Origin: a virus
Lineage: Duplodnaviria > Caudoviricetes
Length of the DNA stretch: 48,864 bases
Strand: one strand, 5' to 3'
Virus record (IMG/VR): IMGVR_UViG_3300017758_000014
Span: 1 to 48,864 of that record
The position numbers and the translations under genes are program-made. Positions 36,159-45,421 of this stretch are shown here, piece by piece. The notes beneath the pieces were generated by a model that did not search any database, was not told where the DNA came from, and worked only from the letters and a program-made list of their open reading frames with translations. The first letter of the stretch is position 1. Every line of letters begins with the position of its first letter.

Positions 36159-37913
36159 TTACACCGTGCCTACGACTTCTTCGAAGTCTACACCAGAACG
36201 AACAGCAACAAAATTGAGTGTAACGTAGTTAATAGACCGAGCAGGTTTGATGAAGATATTCGCAATAAATTCATTACGATCTACAACTGCTGCAGTGTTA
36301 TTAGTTTCATCACATACGACCTTGAAGTCTGTGATACCACGACGACCCTTTACTTCGCGAAGCACAGGTTCAATAATGTTTACGAATTCGGCACGAGTAA
36401 ACTCATCATTGAATTCGAACATAACCTGCTCAGCAGCACGACCAATTGCACGCTCGAGTACCAAGAAGAGGCGACGAACGTTGATGCGGTCAAACGCTGA
36501 AGGGCGACCAAGTTTAGTCTTATCACCGAACAACAGTACACCCTGACCAGGAATATTGGCGATTGGGTTTACACTTGCTTTGTACAATGTATCACGCTGC
36601 GATTTGGTCGGTGACCAAGAAATCGCTGTGATGCCAAGATACTGACCACGACGTGAACCTGCAGGTGAGAACCATGGGGCACGATTTAAGTCTGTCGCTG
36701 CCATAATACCTGCTGTAGAAGACGCTGCAGGGATATGGATATATTGGTCGTTGTACTTATCGTAGACCTTCAGGAAGTTACCGTCATGAACCAAATAAGA
36801 GGAGTTCGTGAAAGTATTTGCTGTTGTTACGATGTTAGATGTGATTGTTGCGGTGTTAGTGAGTTTTACAACATCTGTACGAGCAGGTGATGCTGCAACA
36901 ACGCAATCTTTACGTGTTGATTGAGCAGTTGAGATCAAGTCGTTTACAATTGTTGTTTGATCAGTGCGAGAGTTCATTGAAGGAGCAATCAAGAAATCTA
37001 CCTCTACAATGTCTTTATCTTCAAGCAAATCAAACCCTGTAAGATATTCTGTTGTAGTTAGTAGTCCTGAATTCGCACCTTTAGCGAAATCAAAATCTGT
37101 ATCTGTAGTAAGACCAGGAGAGAAATTATCACCTGAGTCAATAACGCCATTGCCACGTGCTACACGATAGTCTGAATCAAAGTCCACAAAGTGAACATAA
37201 TCAGAACGTGTATTAACAATGTCTTTTGCAAAAAGAGTAGTTCCATCTGCATTCTTCGCATCTGAAGCAATAGACATGAATGGATAAGTTTCAAGAACAG
37301 TACCTTTTGTTCCTGTGAACTCACCTTCCTTATCGATAACAACAAGATGAATCTCGTCATTAGATGCGTTCCGCTTTGAAGCATAGTCTGATGTTGCAGG
37401 TGCTGCATCAAAATCTTTTGCATATGCCCAAGCATTAAATGCTGTTGTGCTTGGTGGGCATATTGAAATTGATAGCGAGTTACCCAACTCACCAGGATAA
37501 CGTGCGATGAATGTGTGTGAATCTGAATCTAACGCACCTTCTTGCGCTTCGAAGTCAGGAGTATTCTTTACCAACTCTGTGGGTAAAGTAGCATCGTTGT
37601 CTGTTGCCAACTGACCACGAATCGAACGTGCGTTTAGTGCTGCAGAAGTTACTTCACGAACGACTTGGAGTGATCCTGAGTAGCGTAAAAAGTATGCTGC
37701 AGAATGAAAATCTATTGTATTGTCAGAATCAGGAGAGGCAAAAGTATTAACGAGACTGATCTCATTATCGATCAATGCCCTTTGCTCAACTGGACCCCAA
37801 CGAAAGTTCCCCACATATGCGCCAGTAGTCGACTGAACGTTTGGAACGCCACCAGTCAGATCTATTTCTTTGACGACAACCGCTGGGGATGCAGACGGTG
37901 TTGAAAGTGCCAT
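36159..37913 (-). CDS. gp18: Tail sheath protein
   Basis: SP.V.VKEIDLT, F.WGP, PWFSPAG..RG, AFDRINVRRLF and IKPARSINY..LNFVA. Confidence 0.98.
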   Translation of the reverse strand: MALSTPSASPAVVVKEIDLTGGVPNVQSTTGAYVGNFRWGPVEQRALIDNEISLVNTFASPDSDNTIDFHSAAYFLRYSGSLQVVREVTSAALNARSIRGQLATDNDATLPTELVKNTPDFEAQEGALDSDSHTFIARYPGELGNSLSISICPPSTTAFNAWAYAKDFDAAPATSDYASKRNASNDEIHLVVIDKEGEFTGTKGTVLETYPFMSIASDAKNADGTTLFAKDIVNTRSDYVHFVDFDSDYRVARGNGVIDSGDNFSPGLTTDTDFDFAKGANSGLLTTTEYLTGFDLLEDKDIVEVDFLIAPSMNSRTDQTTIVNDLISTAQSTRKDCVVAASPARTDVVKLTNTATITSNIVTTANTFTNSSYLVHDGNFLKVYDKYNDQYIHIPAASSTAGIMAATDLNRAPWFSPAGSRRGQYLGITAISWSPTKSQRDTLYKASVNPIANIPGQGVLLFGDKTKLGRPSAFDRINVRRLFLVLERAIGRAAEQVMFEFNDEFTRAEFVNIIEPVLREVKGRRGITDFKVVCDETNNTAAVVDRNEFIANIFIKPARSINYVTLNFVAVRSGVDFEEVVGTV

Positions 37914-37972
37914 TTTTATCTTCCTTCGTTAAAATTATATGGTTCCATGATACGAATTCGTCAACTTGCCTT

Positions 37973-37980
37973 TATTTATA
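37973..37980 (-). promoter_or_regulatory. T4 late promoter
   Basis: TATAAATA in the gp17-gp18 intergenic region. Confidence 0.85.
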
Positions 37981-37991
37981 ATATTCTACAA

Positions 37992-39605
37992 TTACAGATC
38001 AGGATCCCAAATAACCCGATCAGTCTCCTCACTCAAATTCCAAGGATCCTCTTCATGTGTAACTTGTTGAGAATATTGTTTGCCATCATCTATAAACCCG
38101 AAAGGAACTATATCGTTTTCGATATCTGCCATTTTTTGTTCAAACAACATTTGCTTTAGATTTATATCAGTCATATCTGAGAAATATTGTGTTGAAACGA
38201 AATAACCAAACATCACTAAATTCATCATAAGATCGTCGTGGTTTCCGTTACTCGCTTCATAGGATTGACCCTTTGCCTCGAATGTTGATATTTCAAGGAT
38301 GGTTTGTTCGTCAACGATCTCAAGTTTGTTGTTTTCTAAGATGTCTTTAATTGCTGAACATCCAAGTCTTTTCGACTTACGAGTTATCTCGATTCCCAAA
38401 GCATTTGCTTTAACCGATGATTCAACATGCATATTTTCATATTCTAAATCATGATACAATCCTGTGCAAACAACACCTCCCTGATCATTTGCTTCAACAA
38501 CAACATATGCTTCATTGTAGACTTTCGCATATTTATAAATAACGTTTGGGAAGAGAATAGGTGAGATAGTGTTATTGCGATATACAGCGACCTGTCTAAA
38601 TGGTTTAATGCTAATGTCGATCACGGTAAAAGTAGAGTAATCCTGTCCTCTTCCCTTTGATACATCAACGGTCATGACATACTCATGACCTTTTATTGGT
38701 TCATCATAAATTTTTAATAAACCACCCTCAAGCAATTGTTTATACGGTTTTGCTCGCAGACTTAGTAAAGTGTCTGCTGCAATAAGAGTATCTCCAGTCC
38801 CAAAAAATGTATTACCAAATTCTTGATCGAATTGTAACTGACTGGTGTTTGATATAGTTTGCGCTTTCCAATCATCGTCACGTCCAGGAACATCGTGCCA
38901 ATCAACGCGAAACGATTTGAACTCATTAATATTTTGTACAGACCCTTCCCAGATTTTATGAAACTGGTTACCGATACCATTAGCAGTTGAGGTGATAATA
39001 ACTTTAGTGTCTTTACCTGATGATACAACGGGATATGTAGAAGTGTAAAACTCTGCAGCACGTTCTACGAAAGCAAACTCGTCTAAGTATAGAAGATTGA
39101 CTGACATACCACGAATAGAAGAACCAGAAGTAGCAGCAGCAATGATCCTCGAATTATTGCTGAATTCAAGTGATCCTTTATTAAGTGCTTTATTTCCTGG
39201 TTGAAGAAAGAACGGAATATTCTCGAGCATGAGCGTAATGCGCGAGAGCATCTCCCGAGCAGTCGCACCCTTGTTCGCCAAGATGGCAATAGTCTTTTCA
39301 GGATTGAAGAGCGCGAACCATAAGAGGTATGCGCAGGCAGATATTGACTTACCTGATTGACGACATGCGAGAACGACATTGAAACGATTCTCCGTGAAAT
39401 GGGTAAACATTTCTTTTTGATATGGATATAATTCAAAGGGAACTAATCCACGATCAAGTGAAATAACTTTTACATATTTTTCTGTGAAATATACAGAATC
39501 CTGCATACATCTTTTATATTCTCGTACAAGTTCAGGAGACCATGCTTGTTGAACACCGTCCCTTTTTACATTAGGATTCCCTAGATACGATTCGTTCTGG
39601 ATCAT
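37992..39605 (-). CDS. gp17: Terminase large subunit
   Basis: YLGNPN.K, RQSGKS (Walker A), LYLDEFAF (Walker B), STANG, DVSKG.G.DYS and HDDL.M.L. Confidence 0.98.
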   Translation of the reverse strand: MIQNESYLGNPNVKRDGVQQAWSPELVREYKRCMQDSVYFTEKYVKVISLDRGLVPFELYPYQKEMFTHFTENRFNVVLACRQSGKSISACAYLLWFALFNPEKTIAILANKGATAREMLSRITLMLENIPFFLQPGNKALNKGSLEFSNNSRIIAAATSGSSIRGMSVNLLYLDEFAFVERAAEFYTSTYPVVSSGKDTKVIITSTANGIGNQFHKIWEGSVQNINEFKSFRVDWHDVPGRDDDWKAQTISNTSQLQFDQEFGNTFFGTGDTLIAADTLLSLRAKPYKQLLEGGLLKIYDEPIKGHEYVMTVDVSKGRGQDYSTFTVIDISIKPFRQVAVYRNNTISPILFPNVIYKYAKVYNEAYVVVEANDQGGVVCTGLYHDLEYENMHVESSVKANALGIEITRKSKRLGCSAIKDILENNKLEIVDEQTILEISTFEAKGQSYEASNGNHDDLMMNLVMFGYFVSTQYFSDMTDINLKQMLFEQKMADIENDIVPFGFIDDGKQYSQQVTHEEDPWNLSEETDRVIWDPDL

Positions 39606-39927
39606 TCTCAATTACATCATCTTCTCTCAGCAACTTTTGAAGATCAGCAGTAGAACCAAGATAGTAGTTATTCTGTTGATTTTCGACTTGCGCTGGTTTT
39701 TCAGTTTCGTTCATCTGTTTTTGTTTCTTATTTAGATCCATGAGTTTATCATTTGTGTCTGAAACATTTTTAATCAATCCAGATAAAACTTCATATGCGC
39801 GAGGGTGCTCACTTTCGCGAGCAACCTCTACCATGTTTTCTAATGCATCTTTACCTTTTTCAATCAATTCGTAAAGAGTGTCTCGTGAATAATCATAATC
39901 ATTTTTTACATTATCATCGCTTGACAT
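39571..39927 (-). CDS. gp16: Terminase small subunit
   Basis: DY.YSR..LY.LIEKG, A.ES.HPRAYEV and N....GST..LQK.L. Start at ATG 39927. Confidence 0.92.
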   Translation of the reverse strand: MSSDDNVKNDYDYSRDTLYELIEKGKDALENMVEVARESEHPRAYEVLSGLIKNVSDTNDKLMDLNKKQKQMNETEKPAQVENQQNNYYLGSTADLQKLLREDDVIENDPERIVSRES

Positions 39928-39928
39928 T

Positions 39929-40864
39929 TTAGTGTCTCTTAAATCCTGTCGGTGGCGCATAAGTTGTATCATTACCACACTTGATTGTGACATCGATAGA
40001 TCCACTTGAATCACCTGCATTATCATTTAGACCTTGCGGTTCGAATCCAATTGACCAGAAATCACCTGTTCTGCTTCCTGATAGAGCAGCACCTTTTGTC
40101 AAAATTGTTGCACCAACACCACCGCGACCAGAAGTTTGGTTTGCGTTGGTGTAATGATCAGGATTCATATCAACCATTGTGGAAGAATCGGTCGGATTAC
40201 CCCACTGACCGTTGTAACCGACAAACACGCGACCTTCATTTGTTGCGTTTACATTGTTATCATATGCAATCATGATAATGTCATTCGCTTTTGTATCAGA
40301 GTCTGCACTACCAGATGTCCACTGGTAAGTACTGTTCCCCAAAAGTTCTGACACCACGCGATCATTAAAATCAAAGAACATTGTACGACCAATATTAGTC
40401 TCAAATGCAGAGGATAGATTCCAGTTTGTTGGAGTAAAAGTAAGGTTTTGTCCTACAGCACCGCCTCTTTGAGAAATGCTATTCACATGGATTTCGAAAT
40501 AATGCTTTCCTTTTTTCACAGGAGCAGACTGAATATGATAGTCTATTTCCGAATTAAGTGGTCCACGCATTGCATAGGTATCACTATCATAATCAAAGTG
40601 CATAGTGACTTGTCCATCACTATCTACATCATGCGTATCTGGTCCACCAATTTGATATGCAGGAGGCAATGTTCTGCCTGCAGGATCAAACGTGATTTGA
40701 CGTGACAGGTTTGGATAGTTTTTATCCATCAGGCGAAGAACATCTTGCGCACCGATATCAATGAATGATCCACTAAATGCGTTCAGGTCAATAGTGTTTC
40801 CTATCTTATCAGCGAAGTAAAACGCCATAGAAACTTTTTGTCCGTTTACTTTAAAATTTGACAT
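39929..40864 (-). CDS. Virion-associated protein with SPRY/B30.2-like beta-sandwich
   Basis: GKHYFEI, DIIMIAYD, G.V.VG.NG.W and C-terminal YAPPTGF, a SPRY-like pattern. Confidence 0.55.
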   Translation of the reverse strand: MSNFKVNGQKVSMAFYFADKIGNTIDLNAFSGSFIDIGAQDVLRLMDKNYPNLSRQITFDPAGRTLPPAYQIGGPDTHDVDSDGQVTMHFDYDSDTYAMRGPLNSEIDYHIQSAPVKKGKHYFEIHVNSISQRGGAVGQNLTFTPTNWNLSSAFETNIGRTMFFDFNDRVVSELLGNSTYQWTSGSADSDTKANDIIMIAYDNNVNATNEGRVFVGYNGQWGNPTDSSTMVDMNPDHYTNANQTSGRGGVGATILTKGAALSGSRTGDFWSIGFEPQGLNDNAGDSSGSIDVTIKCGNDTTYAPPTGFKRH

Positions 40865-40874
40865 CTATAACTCC

Positions 40875-41393
40875 TTAACTGATTGACAATGATGTGATTG
40901 TGATAAGGTGATCTGAATCGATACCTGTAGACGTTGTCACAGTATTCTTACCAGTCAAAGTATAATCGAGGACTGGGTTGAGAAGCAGACCATTTAAATA
41001 AACTTGCGTGACGCCAGAATCAAACAATAATGTGTTACCGTTATCATCAGAACCTGTGAATGCAGTTTGTCCAGAATCAGCGATATAGTCAAATCTATTT
41101 AATGTGATTGTCGGTGTCGCTTCTCTTGCTTGGACATATGCCGAATCAATAACGGTTGATACAAATGCAGAGTCACGAACATCTATCTGCCTCGCTTGTA
41201 TATATGCCGAATCGATTTGGGACGTCACCGTTGTAGTAGATACTCTTGCGCTGACATATGCGGAATCTATCAAACCTAAGACTTGTGAAGAATCAGGAAG
41301 GTTTGTGACCCTAGTGTCTAAATCTGAGAAGTTTCCATCTAGTTCTGAAAAAGATAGTGCACTTCCCTTTGTGTTCCTTAACGTGATTGCCAT
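40875..41393 (-). CDS. Virion fibre/adaptor protein with DSAY repeats
   Basis: N-terminal ITLR..KGS.L...ELDGNF..L, three IDSAY(V/I)xAR repeats and a C-terminal GQT.FTG.DDNG...VYLNG.LL...DYT domain. Confidence 0.7.
   Translation of the reverse strand: MAITLRNTKGSALSFSELDGNFSDLDTRVTNLPDSSQVLGLIDSAYVSARVSTTTVTSQIDSAYIQARQIDVRDSAFVSTVIDSAYVQAREATPTITLNRFDYIADSGQTAFTGSDDNGNTLLFDSGVTQVYLNGLLLNPVLDYTLTGKNTVTTSTGIDSDHLITITSLSIS
41120..41275 (-). repeat. Coding repeats IDSAY(V/I)(S/Q)AR x3 plus DSAFV
   Basis: Plus-strand atatgc(c/g)gaatc occurs three times, near 41136, 41202 and 41256. Confidence 0.75.
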
Positions 41394-41404
41394 TTACTTA
41401 TCTC

Positions 41405-42202
41405 CTATGTAGCACTATCTTGTGTTAGAACTATATTATTATCAAATCCAAAATCACTATCAGGCATTCCAATAGTGGATAATGGTTTTGGTGTTGTTGT
41501 TATCGTTTCTACTTTGATATCTGAATCGCCTCCAACACCTGCATTCATAAAGAACACATCGGATACGACTTCGCGAACGATATCCCCCTCTGTAATTGCA
41601 CCGTAGAAACTGACTTTCATTTCGAAATCTAGTGTGTAGACGATAGTCCTTCTTTGTTCGATAGATCCCTCATAATCATCCGAGAAAGAAAGTGACTGGA
41701 TGATAATAGGAATATCTTCTTTGAAATCAGGATAGTCTACAGGAAATGGTTTAATTGTTAATGTATATTGCGGATTGAAAGTTGGTACAATTTGTTCTAC
41801 TATTTGTAAAGCATCATCCTGACTTTTAGCATAAATGTTCAATTGAAAATTTATAGTATATGGAACAGGTGAATAAAACTTTTGTCTTTGTTGAACAGTC
41901 GAACCAAAGGTTTTAAAATTGCTGAGTTTTGTCAATTGCCTTGTATTATCATATACAAACGATGTAATTTCAAATGACATTCTTGGCAATTTGATCGCCA
42001 CTTTTGAGTCTGTATCTAAATCAGTGTTTTGCCTAATCCGCTCTAAGAACTTTTTTCTTGGAGCATAAGACAGAGGAACCTTCAGTTGGTTCAATACACC
42101 ACCAGCACTATTTTTACGAATCACATAGATGTTGTTAAACAGTCTTCCGAATAGGGAAACTGATTTACGAATCTTCTCGTGATAAAAATATGTACCAAAC
42201 AT
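41405..42202 (-). CDS. gp15: Tail sheath stabilizer / completion protein
   Basis: YFYHE.IRK...FG.LFNNI, VPLSY.P..KFL.R, LPRMSFEI and DDALQIVEQI.P.F.P. Confidence 0.95.
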   Translation of the reverse strand: MFGTYFYHEKIRKSVSLFGRLFNNIYVIRKNSAGGVLNQLKVPLSYAPRKKFLERIRQNTDLDTDSKVAIKLPRMSFEITSFVYDNTRQLTKLSNFKTFGSTVQQRQKFYSPVPYTINFQLNIYAKSQDDALQIVEQIVPTFNPQYTLTIKPFPVDYPDFKEDIPIIIQSLSFSDDYEGSIEQRRTIVYTLDFEMKVSFYGAITEGDIVREVVSDVFFMNAGVGGDSDIKVETITTTPKPLSTIGMPDSDFGFDNNIVLTQDSAT

Positions 42203-43396
42203 TTATTGATTCTCCGGATCACCGAATGGATTGTTTTCTGTGAAGTCTAAGAAGATATCTGACTGACCGCTGAATATATCGTTTTGTTCAGTTTCTGATA
42301 TTTTATTATTTTCTGTCACAGAGTTAACAGTCAATCCTGTTATCTTGTTTTGCGTTTTATTTATAAGCGCAACATCGTTGATGAAAGTGTGATATTTTCC
42401 ATCATCAGCACCAACATGCGCAAGAGAATAACATCTAGAAGAATCACCTGCTGAATCTAGTCTGATACTCTGAATCTCACCAGTGATTTTCACGCCACCA
42501 GATAATGTTTGTTCTACAGTATCTCCTACAGAATATCCACTATCAATTGCTGATCCACCAATAAATTGAACTGTGATCGCTGAGTCAGTCGTGTAAACAC
42601 CACTATCGGTGAGAGTGATTCCTGTTACTGCGCCACCACTGATCGTTGCAATTGCATTAGCAGAGTCGGAAGTTGTTCCACCAATGAACACGACAGTAGG
42701 AGCAGTTGTGTAATAATTTCCACCCTGTATAAGAGTGAACTGATCGACCCCTCCAGGATGAACTAAACCATTAACAGCGTATCCAGAATCCATATATGGT
42801 GGTCTGTATACAAACGACGCTGTTGCTTTCTTCGGTGCCGCGACGCAAACCTTATACTGATATGCACCATCTTTTTCAATTGCTTGAATATCATCGACGC
42901 CAGTATCGAAATCTTCTCCAGTATATTCAAACAGAGTACAACGCATTTTGTAAACTGGAAGATTTTCTATTTGATAAAATGGTTGCTCATGCTCAACATG
43001 ATTAATCTCAAACATCTTGTTCGTTAATGGAAGGTAAATGAGATCACCTTCGGTCGGACGTGATGTCTGAATATCGTTATCTGGTCGTTGAACTTGAGTT
43101 GCGAAACGAGTTCGTGCGACAACAAAAGTTGCCTCATCTCTAATTTCTACTCCAAACCGAGTAAAGAGATCTCCTTCTCCATCAAACCCTTCAACATTTT
43201 CGATGTACATCTCAATTTTATGTGATGTTGGAAAACGTGAAGTGACATCATCTCCTAGCAAAACATCTTCATTTACAAGATCTCGCGGAAGGTAATATAC
43301 ATCTTGACCATAGATCTTTAATGCCTCAATAACGAGGTCACTGTAAAGATCCATTTCTGATCTTACTTTTTCTGAGAAGTAAAGATTGCGTGCCAT
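42203..43396 (-). CDS. gp14: Neck protein with a beta-rich insertion
   Basis: E.LKIYGQDVYYLPR, F.G.GD...FG.EIRDE.TF, RP.EGDLIY.P, EHE.PFYQ and C-terminal DFTE.NPFG. Confidence 0.93.
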   Translation of the reverse strand: MARNLYFSEKVRSEMDLYSDLVIEALKIYGQDVYYLPRDLVNEDVLLGDDVTSRFPTSHKIEMYIENVEGFDGEGDLFTRFGVEIRDEATFVVARTRFATQVQRPDNDIQTSRPTEGDLIYLPLTNKMFEINHVEHEQPFYQIENLPVYKMRCTLFEYTGEDFDTGVDDIQAIEKDGAYQYKVCVAAPKKATASFVYRPPYMDSGYAVNGLVHPGGVDQFTLIQGGNYYTTAPTVVFIGGTTSDSANAIATISGGAVTGITLTDSGVYTTDSAITVQFIGGSAIDSGYSVGDTVEQTLSGGVKITGEIQSIRLDSAGDSSRCYSLAHVGADDGKYHTFINDVALINKTQNKITGLTVNSVTENNKISETEQNDIFSGQSDIFLDFTENNPFGDPENQ

Positions 43397-43399
43397 GTT

Positions 43400-44155
43400 T
43401 TATCCCAAGAAAAAGTCAGGTGAAAGTTCGTGATCTAATCTGATTCTTTCCCTCAGTCTTTCAATCTCCTGTGTGCCGTCGTCATACAACTGACGACCGT
43501 TAAACGTGACCCCACCTGGAAGTTGCACTCCTTCAAATTTAAGTAAATTTTGACCCCACTGTTGTTTAAACAATGCAGTCGTGTATTCTTTTAACCACAA
43601 GTCATTCCAAATTTGAGTATGTGAAGTTCCATCAACCTTTACGAATGCTTCGGCAACGATGTAATCACCTGCTTTGATATCTTTATCTTTAAACTCACCA
43701 TGAATATAAAGTCTATCCTGATGCCTTGAATATGTTGTTTGAGGAACACCGTTTAAAGTTGAATCAAGCAAAGACAAATATTGTTGCATTTGTTCATAAT
43801 ATGCAAGGTCACCAACAATGCTATGCATGTCAGCGATATCATTTAGATGCATTTGATACTTAATATCGAAGAAATTTATAGAAGATTTGCCAGCACTTGA
43901 TGTAGGGAATAATCTTGTTAGATACATCACATTTGAACTGATAGGGATATACTCATTTGTCACATCAGTCGCCGTGACGAGGTGTTTTAGATAAGTTCTT
44001 ACAATTGCGTCAGAATGATATTCCTGCCAATATTGCAATGCTTCATCGACCCGATCTTCCATCTGGTCTTCATCTATATTTAATTCTAAAACTGGATCCC
44101 CAAGTCGACGTTTTGCATAGTCGATAAGGTCTTGTCTGCTTGCTGGTATCGCCAT
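43400..44155 (-). CDS. gp13: Neck protein
   Basis: P.SR..L.DY..R.LG.PV, WLK.Y.TAL.KQQWG.NL.KF.GVQLPGG. Confidence 0.95.
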   Translation of the reverse strand: MAIPASRQDLIDYAKRRLGDPVLELNIDEDQMEDRVDEALQYWQEYHSDAIVRTYLKHLVTATDVTNEYIPISSNVMYLTRLFPTSSAGKSSINFFDIKYQMHLNDIADMHSIVGDLAYYEQMQQYLSLLDSTLNGVPQTTYSRHQDRLYIHGEFKDKDIKAGDYIVAEAFVKVDGTSHTQIWNDLWLKEYTTALFKQQWGQNLLKFEGVQLPGGVTFNGRQLYDDGTQEIERLRERIRLDHELSPDFFLG

Positions 44156-44183
44156 ATCATATCCTCTTAAACTTCTGTATTGC

Positions 44184-44191
44184 TATTTATA
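44184..44191 (-). promoter_or_regulatory. T4 late promoter
   Basis: TATAAATA in the intergenic gap upstream of gp13. Confidence 0.85.
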
Positions 44192-44195
44192 ACAA

Positions 44196-45398
44196 TTAAT
44201 ATTTCAGAGGCGCAGACCATATCAAATTAGTGGTGTCTGCTGTTTCAGCATAAAGTCTTACTTCGTGAAATGGTTGACAAGAACCAGTCGTAGATCCACC
44301 TGATACCCCTGCTGTACCAGTGTTATGGTAATAGGTTGTGTTTCCGCTTCCATCGTTGAAAACTGTAGAAGTTCCAAACAACCCATACTCCCTAAACCCG
44401 AATGTTAGTGTTGCCAAAGAAGTGTCAGTGAAATTTTCAGTGTCCCTTCTATGATAGTGTGTGTCAGAAGGAAACTGATCTGACGCAGTTCCAGCAGCAA
44501 CATTTGTTGTTCTACCACCCCAGATACCGCCACCAGACGCTCCTTGAGAATCGGGATCATAAAGGTATGCTTGCGCAGGAAATCCTGGGGAAGCATTGTT
44601 ACGACGAATTCCTGCAGCATAAGTACAACTATTGCTATCCCAACAAGTTATATACATTGTGCCATACGGAACAGTTGCCGCTGTGTGAGTGTGTGATCCA
44701 GCACCCTCTACTGCAGTTGTTATATTTCCTGCAAGATGAGTCATGTTTGCTGAAGTATAATTCGCATCATCATCTTCTCTAAATTCAAATACAGGTAATG
44801 CTTGTGCCATTCCACCATATACAGCGTGGACGTGATATGGTGTAATCATTCGCTGAATAGGATTAAACTGATCAATGGTGAAATTCTTCGTCAGAGTTCC
44901 AGTAGATACACCATCGGTCGCAGTAAATGATATGCTGAAATTTGCTATTGTCGCTGAATCTTGAATCTTGATATTAAATTCACTTGAATCTTGTGTAATT
45001 GTTACAGCACTGTCAGCAGCACCTGTCGGGAACAACTGATATCCATATGAAGATATAGAATTATCTGAGTCGGTTGCAATAACAGTATAATTTGCAGACT
45101 CACCCACATTGAAATGATTTTTAAGTGAGAATCCTGCTATACTATCAACAGTCGTGTTTATATTTACAAGACTTGCATTATACCAACCTGAACCATCTGA
45201 GATGTATAATCTAGCACCAGTTCCTGATGATTCAACAAATCCACGATCACCGAGTGTTAAGTTTGCAATTGGTAAAGAATCAAGAGTATCGAATGCAGAG
45301 ACGGTATTGGGTGCCAAAATCGCAGAAACTGTAGCAGAGTCTAAACCAACAGTTCCCATTACCGTTTGTTTGTTTTTTCTTTGTGTCGATAGTCTCAT
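44196..45398 (-). CDS. Virion fibre/adhesin-type protein
   Basis: N-terminal module homologous to the two LamG proteins (LDSLP..NLT.GD, LYISDGSGWYN, TQDSS, F.ATDG) with an unrelated C-terminal domain. Confidence 0.7.
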   Translation of the reverse strand: MRLSTQRKNKQTVMGTVGLDSATVSAILAPNTVSAFDTLDSLPIANLTLGDRGFVESSGTGARLYISDGSGWYNASLVNINTTVDSIAGFSLKNHFNVGESANYTVIATDSDNSISSYGYQLFPTGAADSAVTITQDSSEFNIKIQDSATIANFSISFTATDGVSTGTLTKNFTIDQFNPIQRMITPYHVHAVYGGMAQALPVFEFREDDDANYTSANMTHLAGNITTAVEGAGSHTHTAATVPYGTMYITCWDSNSCTYAAGIRRNNASPGFPAQAYLYDPDSQGASGGGIWGGRTTNVAAGTASDQFPSDTHYHRRDTENFTDTSLATLTFGFREYGLFGTSTVFNDGSGNTTYYHNTGTAGVSGGSTTGSCQPFHEVRLYAETADTTNLIWSAPLKY

Positions 45399-45421
45399 GA
45401 TTTATCATACCTTTCTTGAAA

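Noticed and set aside
38530-38541. TATAAATA on both strands inside gp17
   Set aside because: Explained by the coding sequence IYKY in an AT-rich gene, and far from any start codon.
14456-39605. Inteins or introns in nrdJ, gp17, gp20 or gp23
   Set aside because: Lengths are ordinary, the frames are uninterrupted and no splicing motifs were seen.
19660-45360. GLDS motifs as acyl-carrier-protein phosphopantetheine sites
   Set aside because: They resemble GxDS(L/I) superficially, but lack the ACP helical bundle context and the following Leu in most cases; no PPTase is seen in the window and most DS sites lack the Gly. Not formally excluded.
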